From the human T2T-CHM13v2.0 reference genome, Homo sapiens, in assembly GCF_009914755.1 (NCBI RefSeq), contig NC_060928.1: 64,000 nt of DNA, one strand, 5' to 3'. Made by a program: the position numbers and the translations under genes. The notes beneath the pieces are model-generated. The model saw only the letters and a list, made by a program, of their open reading frames with translations, was not told the DNA's origin and made no database searches. This document shows positions 13,917 through 27,377 of this stretch, piece by piece (the first letter of the stretch is position 1; every line of letters begins with the position of its first letter).

Positions 13917-14319
13917 ATATAAAGTATAATTAAAAACGACAACAAGATATTGTTACAGAGGACATGACTAAGATGGAAGCGTGAGGGCCAACTAATTCTT
14001 CTGCAATTAAATATAAATAAGTAAAGATTCGATGGAAAAAATGAGTATAAGCTGACTAGGGTAACAGGGGAGGGAAGAATATTTTGGCATTGGGAAACTT
14101 TATGTGACAAATTGGAGTCAGGAAAGAACATGACCCATTCCAGAAGTTGGATTTGGCTGTCAGATGATGGGAGAGGACTATGTATGAGAAGAGATGAGGA
14201 AAGCAAGTAGGAGTCAGGTCATGTAAGCCATATTCAGGAATGTGGATTGTGTTATGAGACGCAATTGATTTTTAATCATTGCAGTGCATATAATCAATTT
14301 CTGCTTTAAAAAGATCAGT

Positions 14320-14623
14320 GGTCAGGCATGGTGGCTCACGCCTGTAATTCTAGCACTTTGGGAGGCCAAGGCAGGTGTATTGCCTGAGTTCAGGAGTTCA
14401 AGACTAGCCTGGGCAACACAGTGAAACCTCATCTCTACTAAAATACAAAAAAGTAGCCGGGTGTGTCAGCATGTGCCTGTAATTCCACCTACTCAGGAGG
14501 CTGAGACAGAAGAATTGCTTGAACCTGGGAGGCAGAGGTTGCATTGAGCCGAGATTGCATCATTGCACTCCAGCCTGGGCTACAGAGTGAGACTCCATCT
14601 CAAAAAAAAAAAAAAAAAAAAAA
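14320..14623 (+). mobile_element. Alu (old S-type), full length
   Basis: GGTCAGGCATGGTGGCTCACGCCTGTAA start, both arms, A22 tail. Confidence 0.95.
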
Positions 14624-15185
14624 CAGAGTGATAGCCATATAAATAGCTAATAGCATATAAATAGCACGGCTCAGCAAGGAAAGATAGAAAAGATGGGTAG
14701 GGAAAAATAATTATTTTCTGTATAGCAAGCGACTTTGGGTGTCTGGAATAACAAGGGTTTTGTAGAATAAATATAAGAAAGGAGGGTCCAGTTGGAACTA
14801 TGAAACATCCTTAATTCTATGTTACGGGATTCGGGTTTTATTCTCTATGCACTAAGGAGTCATCTTTGAAAAGCAGAAATGTGCCATGACTCTAACAGTT
14901 CTGAAGAGGGATTTATTTATTTATTAGTGAAAATGAGCAGAAAGCACTAGTGTAAAGGGAAATTAGAGATAGTCAGTGGAGAAGCCCATATTAGAAAAAA
15001 AAAAATGTCTCGGGATTCTAAGGCCAGCAGACATGGAATGGACAGAGAAGCATTAAGAGACACGGAAGTAGAACTAGCGGAATGTTCCATAAACCAAACT
15101 CTGTCACATGAATACATTTATCTGCAAGGTAGGCTGGTGAATCTTGTCTTTGTCTTCATTGTTATGGATTTAACTATAATGTGGA

Positions 15186-15668
15186 TTTATTAATAAGAGT
15201 TACCCAGAGAAACAGAGCCAATAAAACATTTATATCTATATTTCTATCCGGATAGAGAAAGGGAGACAGAGAGAGAGATTATCAGGGTGAGGAAGTCCCA
15301 CAGCCCACCTTTTGCAAACTGGTGATCTAGGAAAGCTGGTGCTAAAATTCAGTCCAAGTCCAAAGGCCTAAGAACTAGGAGATCTAATGTGTGAATACCA
15401 GTCAGGGCAAAGATGAGATGAGGTGTTCCAGCTCCAGAACGCAGGCAGGAAGCAAAAAAGAGTGAATTCCTCTTCCCTCTGCCTTTTTTTCTATTTTTGC
15501 CCCAAGGAACTGGATGATGCTCGCCTGCATTGAAGGAGAAAAACGTACTTTACTGGGTCCACCAATTCAAATCTCATCTGGAAACCTTCCCACAGATACG
15601 TACAGAATTACTGTTTAATATGGGCGCTCCATGACCAGTAAAGCTGATGCATAAAATTAACCATCACC
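15186..15668 (-). mobile_element. MLT2 (ERVL) solo LTR
   Basis: CCAGAGAAACAGAGCCAATA ... AGTCCAAAGGCCTAAGAACTAGGAG ... ATAAAATTAACCATCAC. Confidence 0.85.
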
Positions 15669-15944
15669 GTAGGGTTTATTTTATTAAGGAGAAAGAAAAA
15701 AATAATGAAAGACAATTGGCATTCCTGGTCACAATGAGTAATAAATGTGCATACACCTACGTGTGCTTGTGGTTTTGTCATAGGCACATTCCTCAGTCTT
15801 GGGGATCATGACAAATAAAAGAAGAGGGTGGAGAAGAAGGGGAAAGAGGGTTAGCAACCTTGATTATTCTGGTATTAGGAAACTGAGCTGCAATGCACTT
15901 GGTATGAGGGGAATTCGAGCTGCTTTACTTCATTTCTTGACCTG

Positions 15945-16056
15945 TGTGTATGTGCCCTTTTTGCTATGCAGAGTAAGGACCCAATATGGTGTACATGTTC
16001 TGTGTATGTGCCCTTTTTGCTATGCAGAGTAAGGACCCAATATGGTGTACAAGTTC
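15945..16056. repeat. 56-bp tandem duplication (2 copies, 55/56 identical)
   Basis: 15945-16000 versus 16001-16056, one T/A difference. Confidence 0.97.
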
Positions 16057-16737
16057 TATATAGAGAGACTGTCTCCTCATATCAATTGTCTCTCTCCATC
16101 TCTGAATTCTCTATGGATTTTGATTCCAAAGCTTAGTTGGCATTGGGAAGACCTTACTTCTCAATTCCACCTCCTCCTTGCCCCCATTAAAAATTTTCCC
16201 ACTTTCTCTGATGCTTTCCTATAATCATGAGATTTTTCGACTAAAAACAATCTTTATATTTTGCCCAACTCTGTATTCCCTAGCTGCCTCCTTTAGATGT
16301 GATATTTAAATACCTCTTTATTTGAAAGTTAAGGAAGAGATAAACTTAACACACTTTTAAAAGAAAAAAATTGAAATCTCAAATATAAAGTGCATTGCAT
16401 CAGTTTTTAGGTAAGAGTCTGAAAATCTTCAAGGAATTCAGAAAAATTTTGCTATGGACCACAGTAATAATCCTTAGGTGATCCATCTGTAAATGACACT
16501 ACCAGAATTGGAAATTTAAAAGCAATCTATTTGCCATTACTGACTAGTTATTATTCTTCTCTAAAGATAAATGTGCTGATTTAAGTATGAGGAGAACTCT
16601 AACCTCCTTGGCTTAATAAATACTTTGGTTGTCAGAAAATCCCTGCCTCATTAGCAGAGTAAAATTTTACTGTGCCAAGAATTCCCTAGGTCTCTCTGGC
16701 TGAATAGAACACTCTAACTTCAGACTTTTTTCTTCGA

Positions 16738-16764
16738 TAAAACAAAACAAAACAAAACAAAAAA
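16738..16764. repeat. (AAAAC)n
   Basis: Read directly. Confidence 0.85.
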
Positions 16765-17512
16765 AGAAACTGCTGTGACTGTACAAAGGCTTGCAAGCCT
16801 TGATGTCTCTCTTGGATACGTAGACTTCATGGTAATAGTTCTCTGGAAATAACCAAGACAAAAGTGATAGTGGGTCAGAGCCTCTAAGACAGAAGTGGGT
16901 GGTGTCCTGGAATGAGAAACTAGTACCCTATGGATTCCCTTGTTCCATGGGGACTACTTGAATGTCTAGTAAAGATACATTAAGACTACTTTGGCCTAGA
17001 TTTGCTTTACTAGAGACTTCTTTTTTTTTCTCCATCTCCCCTCTCTTTCTCCCTCTTTTCTCTCATACACACATGCAATACTCTGTTCTTCTTTATGTAC
17101 TTTTCTTCTGGAAGTATATATCCATGTTACTTGGTTTTATTTCCTCCTTGTGAAGTTATTATAAATACCTGTTTTTCTTTGCTTTTTGCAGAATGAATTC
17201 ATGGTCATTTTCAGAACTGCGAAGGCATAAATGTAAGCCTTAAAGTAACAGAGCATTTGCCAATAATCTTGTCTAGCACTGTGACTCTGAAGGCTGAACT
17301 CTTAACCACCACAATATGAATTTATATAATCAATCATTCATTGGTATTAAGAGTATTTTCAGGATGATCCCCCAAGGAGGGAAAGATTTATTCCAATATG
17401 CTGGAAAACCTATTTTTAATAAATGTGAAGTTTACCCTGAGTGTTTTGTGTATACACAAATAACTATTCTGTGTAATAATACATATGTATTAAGGGTAAA
17501 AGAATGAGCAGG

Positions 17513-17862
<350 letters not shown>

Positions 17863-18144
17863 TGAGCAGGGTTTCCTATTTTGCCTAACATTTTTGTTTC
17901 TCACAAATATAAATGTCATAGAATTATGCTTGCTTTTTTTTAAGTGGGGGAAAAGTAAATTACACAGTTCATATTCTATAAACCTGGCTCATGCTCCTAC
18001 TCTCATTCTTTCTACTTCCTCTAACCTTGATCACAATAGCTCTCCCTCTTTAAGATTAGGGATTTGTGTTATAATTATTTACAATTCTCCCTTAGGATTT
18101 GTAACACATGGGCTCACAGATATAAGTAACTGAATTAGAGAGAT

Positions 18145-18350
18145 CATTGGCTTCAGACACAGGAAACCTGATTTGATTTCTACTTAGGCACTAGCTTGGT
18201 AACATAAGGCTTAACGTATCTGAGTTACTTGTCTCCGTTTGTGTCTACAAAATGGAGCAAATAGTATTGAAGTTAATGGGATTTTTATTACACCCTGAGA
18301 TAAAGTATTTGGAAGTACATTGTAATTACTTATTATAAATATGCTGTAAT
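18145..18350 (+). mobile_element. MIR fragment
   Basis: Degenerate core ...TCTACAAAATGGAGCAAATAGTA... Confidence 0.45.
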
Positions 18351-18512
18351 TTGTTATAAGTACATGTTTGCTAAATATCTTCAGAATTCAATAAATTACT
18401 TTATTATGCAGAAAAAAGAATAAGGGGCAAAATCTCCAAAAATGAGTCATGATTAAAAGTAGTGACTTGGAAGACCAATGTAGACAAGGTTGCTTAAAAA
18501 ATAACTAGTGTC

Positions 18513-18870
<358 letters not shown>

Positions 18871-19199
18871 CTATCTGCAAACCCAGACACACAGAAGCTG
18901 CTCATTAAATACTTGATAAAAAATATATATGGTTTGTAGGATTATCGGGAAACTGTTAGTAAAGAGGAAATCGTCTAGTGATTGAAGGACGAGTAGAATG
19001 TGGAAAAGAGAACAGAGAGGGAAAAAGTGTCATGTTAAAGAAGCAGAAACACAACTTTTTTTCTGATTGGTTAGAACATAGATTAGTTTGGTGGAAGAAT
19101 GGTGGAAGATAAAAACCAAAAGAATAAAAGGAGTAGATTACAAAGGACCTTGAATGGCAGCTAAATGATCAAGATCTTCATCCAGAAGCTGATGATATC

Positions 19200-19445
19200 T
19201 AGTATAAACATTTACTATGTGCAACACACTATTCTAAGCATTATGCTTGCTTGTTTTACCCACATATAACCTTGGCAACCACTCTAAAAGAAATGGCTGT
19301 TAACTATGTTTCTTATGTTTTAAATGGAAAAAAAAAAGTGTGATTCATGGAACCTAAGTAGCTTAGCAAGAGTCATGAACCTGGTTAGTGATGGAACTGG
19401 CATTTGAACCAGGAAGTCTGGTTTCAGGTGCACTCTCTTTAAAGC
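19200..19445 (-). mobile_element. MIR
   Basis: CATTTACTATGTGC...TTCTAAGCA ... TAGTGATGGAACTGGCATTTGAACCAGGAAGTCTGG. Confidence 0.65.
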
Positions 19446-19508
19446 TACGTTAATTTCTCTGTAGAATAGCTAGCTGTTTAATTCTAAATGTAGTGCATAA
19501 GAGAATTC

Positions 19509-19937
19509 TGTTCCAGTTACTTTCTGCTGCACAACAAACTATCTCAAAGCTTAGTGGCATAAAATAAAAACGCTTCTTATTTCTTGTAACTGGGTGGTTG
19601 ACCAAACAGTCCTCTATCAGATGATGTTGACTGTAGCTCTGATATTAATGGAAGGTGTATAATGGTCTCGTGCATGGTCAGAGTTGGCTGCTGGCTGGAA
19701 GCTCTGCTGGGCCACTGGGCCTGGGGCCTTGCGGGCTTGTCTATGTGGCTGTTTGGGCCTCACAGCATAGCATCTGGATGCCAAGAAGTATTCTAAACAA
19801 AAAGAGAGAGAACATTGCCAGTTCTCTGAAAGTCTGGAAGACAGAAGTAAAGTTCATGTTTTCACAGGGAAATGACATGCACCCACAGGGAGGAAAACTA
19901 CTGATCGTAGCCCTCTTTGGAGGTTGTTTACTTCACA
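19509..19937 (-). mobile_element. Old MLT1 (H/I/J-like) LTR
   Basis: TGTTCCAGTTACTTTCTGCTGCACAACAAACTATCTCAAAGCTTAGTGGCATAAAA start, ...CTTCACA end. Confidence 0.65.
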
Positions 19938-20899
19938 TCCCAATTAAGTTAGAAGAAGGATGTAGCTATTCATTGCCCTCTGAATCATCGAAATTTGTGA
20001 TTGTCATTTATCAAATAGAAAATATCTGCCATGAAGCTTGAGCAGCTCTGTGTAGCCTGTCTTTCAGAAGGGGCTTCAACTAGCATTGTGTACTTTAGCA
20101 AAGACTGTTATTTGAGCAACTGATTTTGATTTCACATAAAATAGAATATACATATGATGGCCCTATAATAGTGACATGATTATTATAGTGGTTCACAAAG
20201 GTATTTCTAAACACTTTCTATTCCTTGCCAGTTTGTCTTTGCCCCTGAAAGGTCTGTGATGCTGTTATTTAATGCATTTGACAGTGGATTATAGTAGAAT
20301 TAAATGCTGGTGGAAAACAAAGTTCTCTTAATGGCTCTGAATAATCTAAATGTAGAAATTATTCTAGTTCAATGGAGGGTAAAATTATAGGATGTTGAAT
20401 TCTATCCAACAAGATGAATTGGGAAGATAAGATATGGAGATTAAGTGCAGATTACTGTACAGACTTGTTCTGTAACAAAAGGAAGAAAATTATGCAGGGA
20501 GGGTGGAAAAGAAAGAATGCTCAAACACTGAAAAGGGGATTCCAGTTCATTAACTATAGGGCTCTCATGGACTGCACAGATTTTGTGACAGTATAGTAAA
20601 GAAAAATAGTTATAAAGACTCCTCCTGTTCAGTGATAAAATTCCTAAATATTGAAAAGAGTTTTGCAACTGTGGATGAATGGCCATTGCTGAATAAAGCT
20701 AAAGTGATGACGTGCCAGCTCCCTTCATCTGCTGTGAATGTTTTTAAAGGGAAGTGGCAGACTTAGTATGTGTATTTTTTAAAGCATAATAGATGATTCA
20801 AAATCTGATCATGTTTTCTATAGTCAATATCCATAGCTACTAAAGCATTATCATATTTTAATGTTCCTTATTAATAACAATCAGAACTTAACCTCAAAA

Positions 20900-21400
20900 T
20901 CCATTGTTTATTGATTATTTACATGTTCAATAATGCTTTCTTGAATAGCTACACAATCACCACACCGTGCTAGGCACTGTTTATGCAAAAGTGAATTAAG
21001 TAAGTTTTGTGTCCCCAACAGGTTGCTCTATCTAGTCAAGGATATAAATATGTGAAACATATTATAACACTATCCACTTAATACAGTATTTGGGACATGT
21101 GTGGACCACTTTGGGAACACAAGGTTAGTAGCTTTCTGGATTACATGCTTCAGGGAAGATTTCACCGAGGAGATGAAATGTGAAGTGTAATGAGTATTAG
21201 AGAAAGGTGCCAAAACATGTTTAAAGGCATGGAAGGCAGAGAAGCATTGTGGATTTGAAATGATATTGAGAGTAGAAGGACATAGGAAAGAAGGATGGAA
21301 ATGAAACTGGAAGTGTTGGCAGGAATTATATGATAAAGCATCCAACATGTCAAACTCTAGGTGTTTTAAAGATCTTTTCATGAGTGATGGGCAGTGTAGT
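20900..21400 (-). mobile_element. L2 fragment
   Basis: CACACCGTGCTAGGCACTG...AAGTGAATTAAG is an L2 3'-end motif, followed by a purine-rich body. Confidence 0.5.
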
Positions 21401-21450
21401 AGACTAGCAGATGTGGAAGGTTAGGTTATACTGCCACAAAAAACAACACA

Positions 21451-21517
21451 CCAATCTCATCCAGCTCATTGCAAATGCTGCTAATTCATTCCTTTTTATG
21501 ACTGAGTAGTATTCCAT

Positions 21518-21566
<49 letters not shown>

Positions 21567-21870
21567 CTCTCACAGTGAAGTAACTCAGGAATGGAAAACC
21601 AAACATCGTATGTTCTCACTGATATGTGGGAGCTCATCTGTGAGGACACAAAGGCATAAGAATGATACAATGGATTTTGGGGACTTGAGGGGAAGAGTGG
21701 GAGGGGAGCAAGGAATAAAAGATGACATATATGGTGCAGTATATAAGTATATACTGCTCGGGTGATGGATCCAACAAGATCTCACAAATCACCACTAAAG
21801 AACTTACTCCTGTAGCCAAATACCGCCTGCACCCCAATAACTTATGGAAAAATAAAATTAAATAAATAAA
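21451..21870 (+). mobile_element. L1PB1-like 3' end with 5' inversion
   Basis: 21574-21870 is forward 3' UTR (AGTGAAGTAACTCAGGAATGGAAAACCAAACATCGTATG...). 21451-21573 is the adjacent upstream L1 segment in reverse. Confidence 0.85.
21518..21566. repeat. Compound (TA)n(TG)n(TA)n microsatellite
   Basis: Read directly. Confidence 0.95.
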
Positions 21871-24800
21871 CACTCTATTTTCAGTGCCTATAATCACAAG
21901 TCAAGTGTTACTTCTCCTATTGCAAAATACATCCAATAGAGCCATTTGCTACCCTGGTTCATTACTCAGGCTTGTGAAACAACATCTATCTGGCTCAGTG
22001 TTAATTATCATGGTGGCAGTGTTTCTTAATACTCTTATCTAGAAATGGCACATGACTCTTTTGCTCACATTTAATTGGCCAAACCATGTCATGTGGTCAT
22101 TACTGATTTCCTGAAGGAAAGGGCACCATGGCAAGGTAAATAACATGTTTTATGAGTAGTTATACAATCTATCACAGAGACTTAATGATTATTCACATTT
22201 TAAAGAGAAAAATTGATATAATTAATTAGATTTCTAGTATTTCAAAATTACTTTGGAGTTCAGAAGGCAGGTATTGAATAGTCAGAGTGTATTGCTCTTC
22301 ATGGTGAGAGAATCTGACACTATCATTTCAATGGGAAAAAGAGAAAGAAAAAATGTCTTATTTGAGGTAGCAAATATTGAAAACTTAATGAATGACTGAA
22401 TACAGGGTAAAGAGGGTGATGGCAAAAGCAAAATCTGCAGTGCCTTCAATGTATCTGGTGCAGGTGTCAGGGCTGATGGTGGAACCATTGCTTGTATAAG
22501 GGAATGCATATTTTCTGTTCTTGCTTCAGACATGAGATCAACACATTCCTTGAACCAGTAACATCTCTAAGTTGGTAGTTTAGCTTTAATTACTGTGAAA
22601 ATATTTTAATTTATATATTATATATTATTAAATTTTTAAAAACTGCAATACTTTCTCCCAATTTCTCATTTTATTCTTTTTTCACGAATCAGAATTAAAA
22701 ATTTATAAATATCCAAAGAATTTCCAGAAAAAAGTTCACATGAAAACAATAGTTACCACATATTATGTACCCTATAGTGTTATTTCCTTTTTCTTTCTTT
22801 TCTCTTCTCACCTGTTATTCCTTTTCTTTTTCCTTCCTTTCTCATCTTCCTTATTTCATTATATATATTTTATATATATATTTATTTGTATAAAGATAAT
22901 GTGGTAAAAAGCATCTTAGGAATTGGATATGCCTGGTTTTCTGTAATTGTTTTGCTACAAACAAATATTACAAATAATGTTAACATTGCAATGCTGTGAG
23001 CATTAAATGGAATAATACATTATGACTGACATATAATAGATAATAAGTTTGAGCATAGTGTTCAGTAAGCCTATCTGTGTCCTGTAAGTATAGTAGACCA
23101 ACAATAACTAGTGTTAATAAATTAAGGAGAATATGTGAGGATAAAGCACTTCTTCTTGGTTAGTTTGGCTATTTCTTAGATATATTGGAAGTATGGAATT
23201 CAACTTATAGGTCATCATAGGTGAACAACTCCGCACTAGATGACTCCCCAAGACTTAAGTAATCACAATAGTTTTACAGCCATTTATTTGACAATAGAAG
23301 AAAAATTTATGGGACCAAGCACATGTCAATTACTGAAAAAAAAAATTCAAATATGTAAGTTACATCTTTCATTCAAAATGCAAACACTCCAACTTCATAT
23401 CATTTCTAATGCTGCACTATTCTAAGTGATAACCAATGTTCAAAATGATCATTAGAAAGTATTCCTGATATGCTGAATCACTAAGAAAATACACTTAGTC
23501 TTTCTAATTACAATTGTCCTTAGGCAGAAATCTAGAATTGTACTTTATTTTCAGCTACAAGGTTTGGTACAAAATAAATGTTGTTTTCCCACATTTATCT
23601 TGACAATGAGGAGTATTAGCACTCTGCTTTGCCCTGTGGCTTGATCGTTCCAGGTAATAGAAGCTGTATGGAATTTCCATTGTTTCAAATGGAAGCAGAG
23701 GCATCATTAGACTCAAAACATTGCAGTGTCTTTTTGAGCAAGTTATTATCCTTAGTCATTACGTCCTTGTCCATCTCCTTTCAAAAAAAGGAAGAAGAAA
23801 GAGATATTATTTGGCAAAAGTATACTAAATCGTTCAATCTGATTAAGAAAAAACAAAACAAAACAAAAAATCTGCTTTGAGTCATTTGTTAAACCATCTC
23901 CATTTTCTTCCCCCTCGCTCGCCCCCAACCACGGCACAGCTATATTTTCTTTATGTTCTATTCCAGTGGAACGAGCTGATCCAGACATATTTAATGAGGC
24001 AAAATGTATTCTTCAGGCTACCCAAATTTGCAGCTGAATAGCTTATTCTGCAGCAGAGACAAGATCTGTCAACCTTGTATGCCCTGAAATATACAGAAGG
24101 CCACAGATAATTTCTACAGGATTGACCCCCCAGGGAAGTGAATAGATAAATTTCTGTTTTAGCCGGTCCAAAATACATTATTAAAAATTGGATATTCCCA
24201 GATCTTTTTCGACCCTTTAAAAAATCCCAACTAATACATTGTGTTATTTTGACTATAATTGTAGTTGTTATTCATTTTGGCAACATCTTACAGAGTTAGG
24301 GGTGTACAAGGAACTCCAAGCTGAAACTTTTTTCACTACATTCTTCTAAGAAAGTGAAATTATTCCATAACATTCCAACTCTTCTTCTGGGCTTAGGTCA
24401 AAGATGTGTCATTATCATGTTGATTATAAGAAACAATGAAAAAACACGATGAGGGTAATTTTAGGTATTGGAAATGTGATAACAATGTACTTGAGAAAAC
24501 AACCTGGTTTCAGGTTTATTCTTTTTCAATGACGTTATAATATGTCCAGATATAGTTTTGTTTTAGTTTGAATCATCTCCTATAGTTTAATTATATATAT
24601 ATAATATAGAATTTCATATATATGAAATCCTAGAGGTTTCGTGTTTAAGTAAAATTAGTATTTGGTTAGGAACAGAAATTATGTTATTAATTTACTTCAT
24701 TATTCAATATAAGGCTCTATTTCATCATCCAAGAAATACTATGTACATACTTTTTCACAAGGACTTTTCTTTAAGGCATATTTTCACTGTGTTTCACTTA

Positions 24801-26419
24801 GTATTAGACAAGTACCTACCAATCTGAGAAAAAAATACACATAAAACAAAGACAAAAGTGAAAACTAAAAATCCCCAAAGTGCATCATGTTTTGCCCAAA
24901 TAAATCATTCTCTCCAGGCCTATTTCCAAGGATCCAGCTTGTCTCCACCCCTGTGTGTGAATACGCAGCCATTCATTAGTGTAGAATCATACGAGTTCTT
25001 TAAGATGTGTCTATTGAAAGATTTAGGGCAAATTTTCTCTACCAGTTCCTGAAAGTAAACAAGAATTTCATAAATCTGGAATGATTTAGGGTTAGACAAC
25101 TCTTAATGACACCCTCTTGATTTAAGGTTCTCATCGTCTATAACAAAAAAGTCAGTCACCCTTCTTAGCCTTATCAATTTTCAAAGACTGTTTTGAAGGA
25201 TAGATGAGCTATCTAAACTGAAAATTTCGCTGATTTAGTGAAACATCTTTTGTACTACATCATCCCTTCCTTTTATTTTTGCAGTTTGCAAACAGACTTC
25301 CCTAGCCAATAAACTTTTGCTTCCCATCTGCCCAGAGAACACATACTGTGACTCCAAAAACACTGCTAAGAAAAGTTCAGCGTTCCAAGTAGTGAGCATT
25401 ATTTACACCCACATATGTAGCTGATTCACAAATGATAAAAATATTAGTATATATATTTCAGATTATTAAATAATTTTTTTTAGATTATTACTAGCATACT
25501 AAACATCTGTATATTTCAAATTCATGTATTTAAGTATGTGTGCCTATGTTTAAACAAACACATTCAGAGTAAATCTCCCTAGTGACTTCAATAATTCATC
25601 AAACTATGCATGTTGGCTTTTAATATACCTTCCCTATTTAATGCCCCCCAACCCCTTAAAAACAAAACAAAACAAAACCACAAACTAAAATCAAACCCCC
25701 ACAAAACAAAAACCAAATTAAACAAGTGAAAGTCCTTAAGTTGTGCTTGAATCCATGTGATACTTTTTCTGCAAATATTGGACTTGAAGATTTATAATTC
25801 TGCATTTATAGTGAAGTCCCATTTAGAATAAGGGGAGCATGAGTATAGTGGCCATAGGAAAATTTTTTTAAAAATGTAGATCAACCTAGTTTCCCTTTCT
25901 GCCTGCACACCGAGTGTGATGTTCAGTGAAACCACCTTTGTTCCAGAAAAATTCATAGCCTACAATATGATCACCCTGATAAGTTTGTGTTTGGCAATGA
26001 TATTTCACCAAAGAAAATCTCTCAGCTTGTCCATAAAGTCAGAGGCTTGGATTTAATTTCTGTTTCCATCACGCTACTAATTATGGCCTAATCAGATTTA
26101 GTAATCAATCTATTTCTGTTCATCTGTCTGTGAGAATAATAATATATGCTTTACTCCATCAACAATATCATTATGGAGATGAAATACTACCCAGAATGAT
26201 AGTAATTGAGAAAAATAGCATAAAAGGTGTTACAAAGTAAGGTGCAGAGAAAACACTGACAAAGCCCGCTAAGAAAAGAATTTTTTTTTTGCGTATTTAC
26301 TTATTTTGTAATAAACTCTTTGAGAAAAGAGACTAAGTCTGTTTTTTCCCACACACAGACAATGCCTGATAGATGAATGGCAATGAATAAACGTTTGTTT
26401 TATGAATGCTACTGCCCTT

Positions 26420-26910
26420 CTCTTTGAACTCATCTTCCATCATAATTTCTTTCTTTCTTATATTAGTCAAGCTATGCTAGTTTGATTTTCCTAAAATACA
26501 CCAAACTCATCCCCATCTCAGAGTCTTTATATTTTTCTCCCCTAGACCTGAATAATTCTTCTTCTTCTATATATCCAAATGAACTGTTCCCATAATTCAA
26601 TTCCCTACTCAAATATCGAGTCCTCAAGAGGACCTAGCCCAAGCCCCAATATCTAAAACAATATACCGCTCCAACACTCTTTACCTCTGAAAGTGCTTAC
26701 ATCCAACTGGTGTTTTAGTAATTTGATTTAAGGTTCTCATCGTCTATAACAAAAAAATCAGTCACCTTTCATCTGTCTGTGAGAATAATAATATATGCTT
26801 TTCTCCATCAACAATATCATTATGGAGATAAAACACTAACCTACTTCCTATTTTTGGCATGACTTCTGGAATGCTGTTGTTCTCCATATTTGTTTAATCA
26901 GTGAACAAAG
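26420..26910 (+). mobile_element. L2 fragment
   Basis: ATACACCAAACTCATCCCCATCTCAGAGTCTTT ... CTCAAATATC...CCTCAAGAGGACCT are L2-like motifs. Confidence 0.5.
26723..26841 (+). repeat. Chimeric dispersed duplication of 25117-25164 joined to 26119-26192
   Basis: 46/48 and 70/74 identity to the two sources by eye; TTC is shared at the junction. Confidence 0.92.
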
Positions 26911-26949
26911 GAAAAGAGAAGTTCGAATCACATAAAAATGCGTAAAGTG

Positions 26950-27377
<428 letters not shown>

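Larger units (their letters stand above)
13310..14319 (-). mobile_element. L2 fragment hosting MER58A and MER20
   Basis: TTCATTCATTCACTCATTCACTCA is the reversed L2 tail; the purine-rich L2 body resumes after 13917. Confidence 0.5.
21415..22175 (-). mobile_element. Old MaLR/ERVL LTR remnant split by L1PB
   Basis: GGTTAGGTTATACTGCCACAAAAAACAAC ... GCTCACATTTAATTGGCCAAACCATGTCATGTGG. Confidence 0.45.

Noticed and set aside
13799-14206. 135-aa minus-strand ORF
   Set aside because: Lies in L2/MER58A remnants, non-ATG start, no protein-like features.
16786-16801. Perfect 16-bp palindrome AAGGCTTGCAAGCCTT
   Set aside because: About one such palindrome is expected by chance in 64 kb, and no supporting context.
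19655-20041. 128-aa ORF
   Set aside because: Mostly within an MLT1 LTR, with no recognisable domain.
24611-24628. 18-bp palindrome ATTTCATATATATGAAAT
   Set aside because: Centred on a TA run in AT-rich DNA; low information content.
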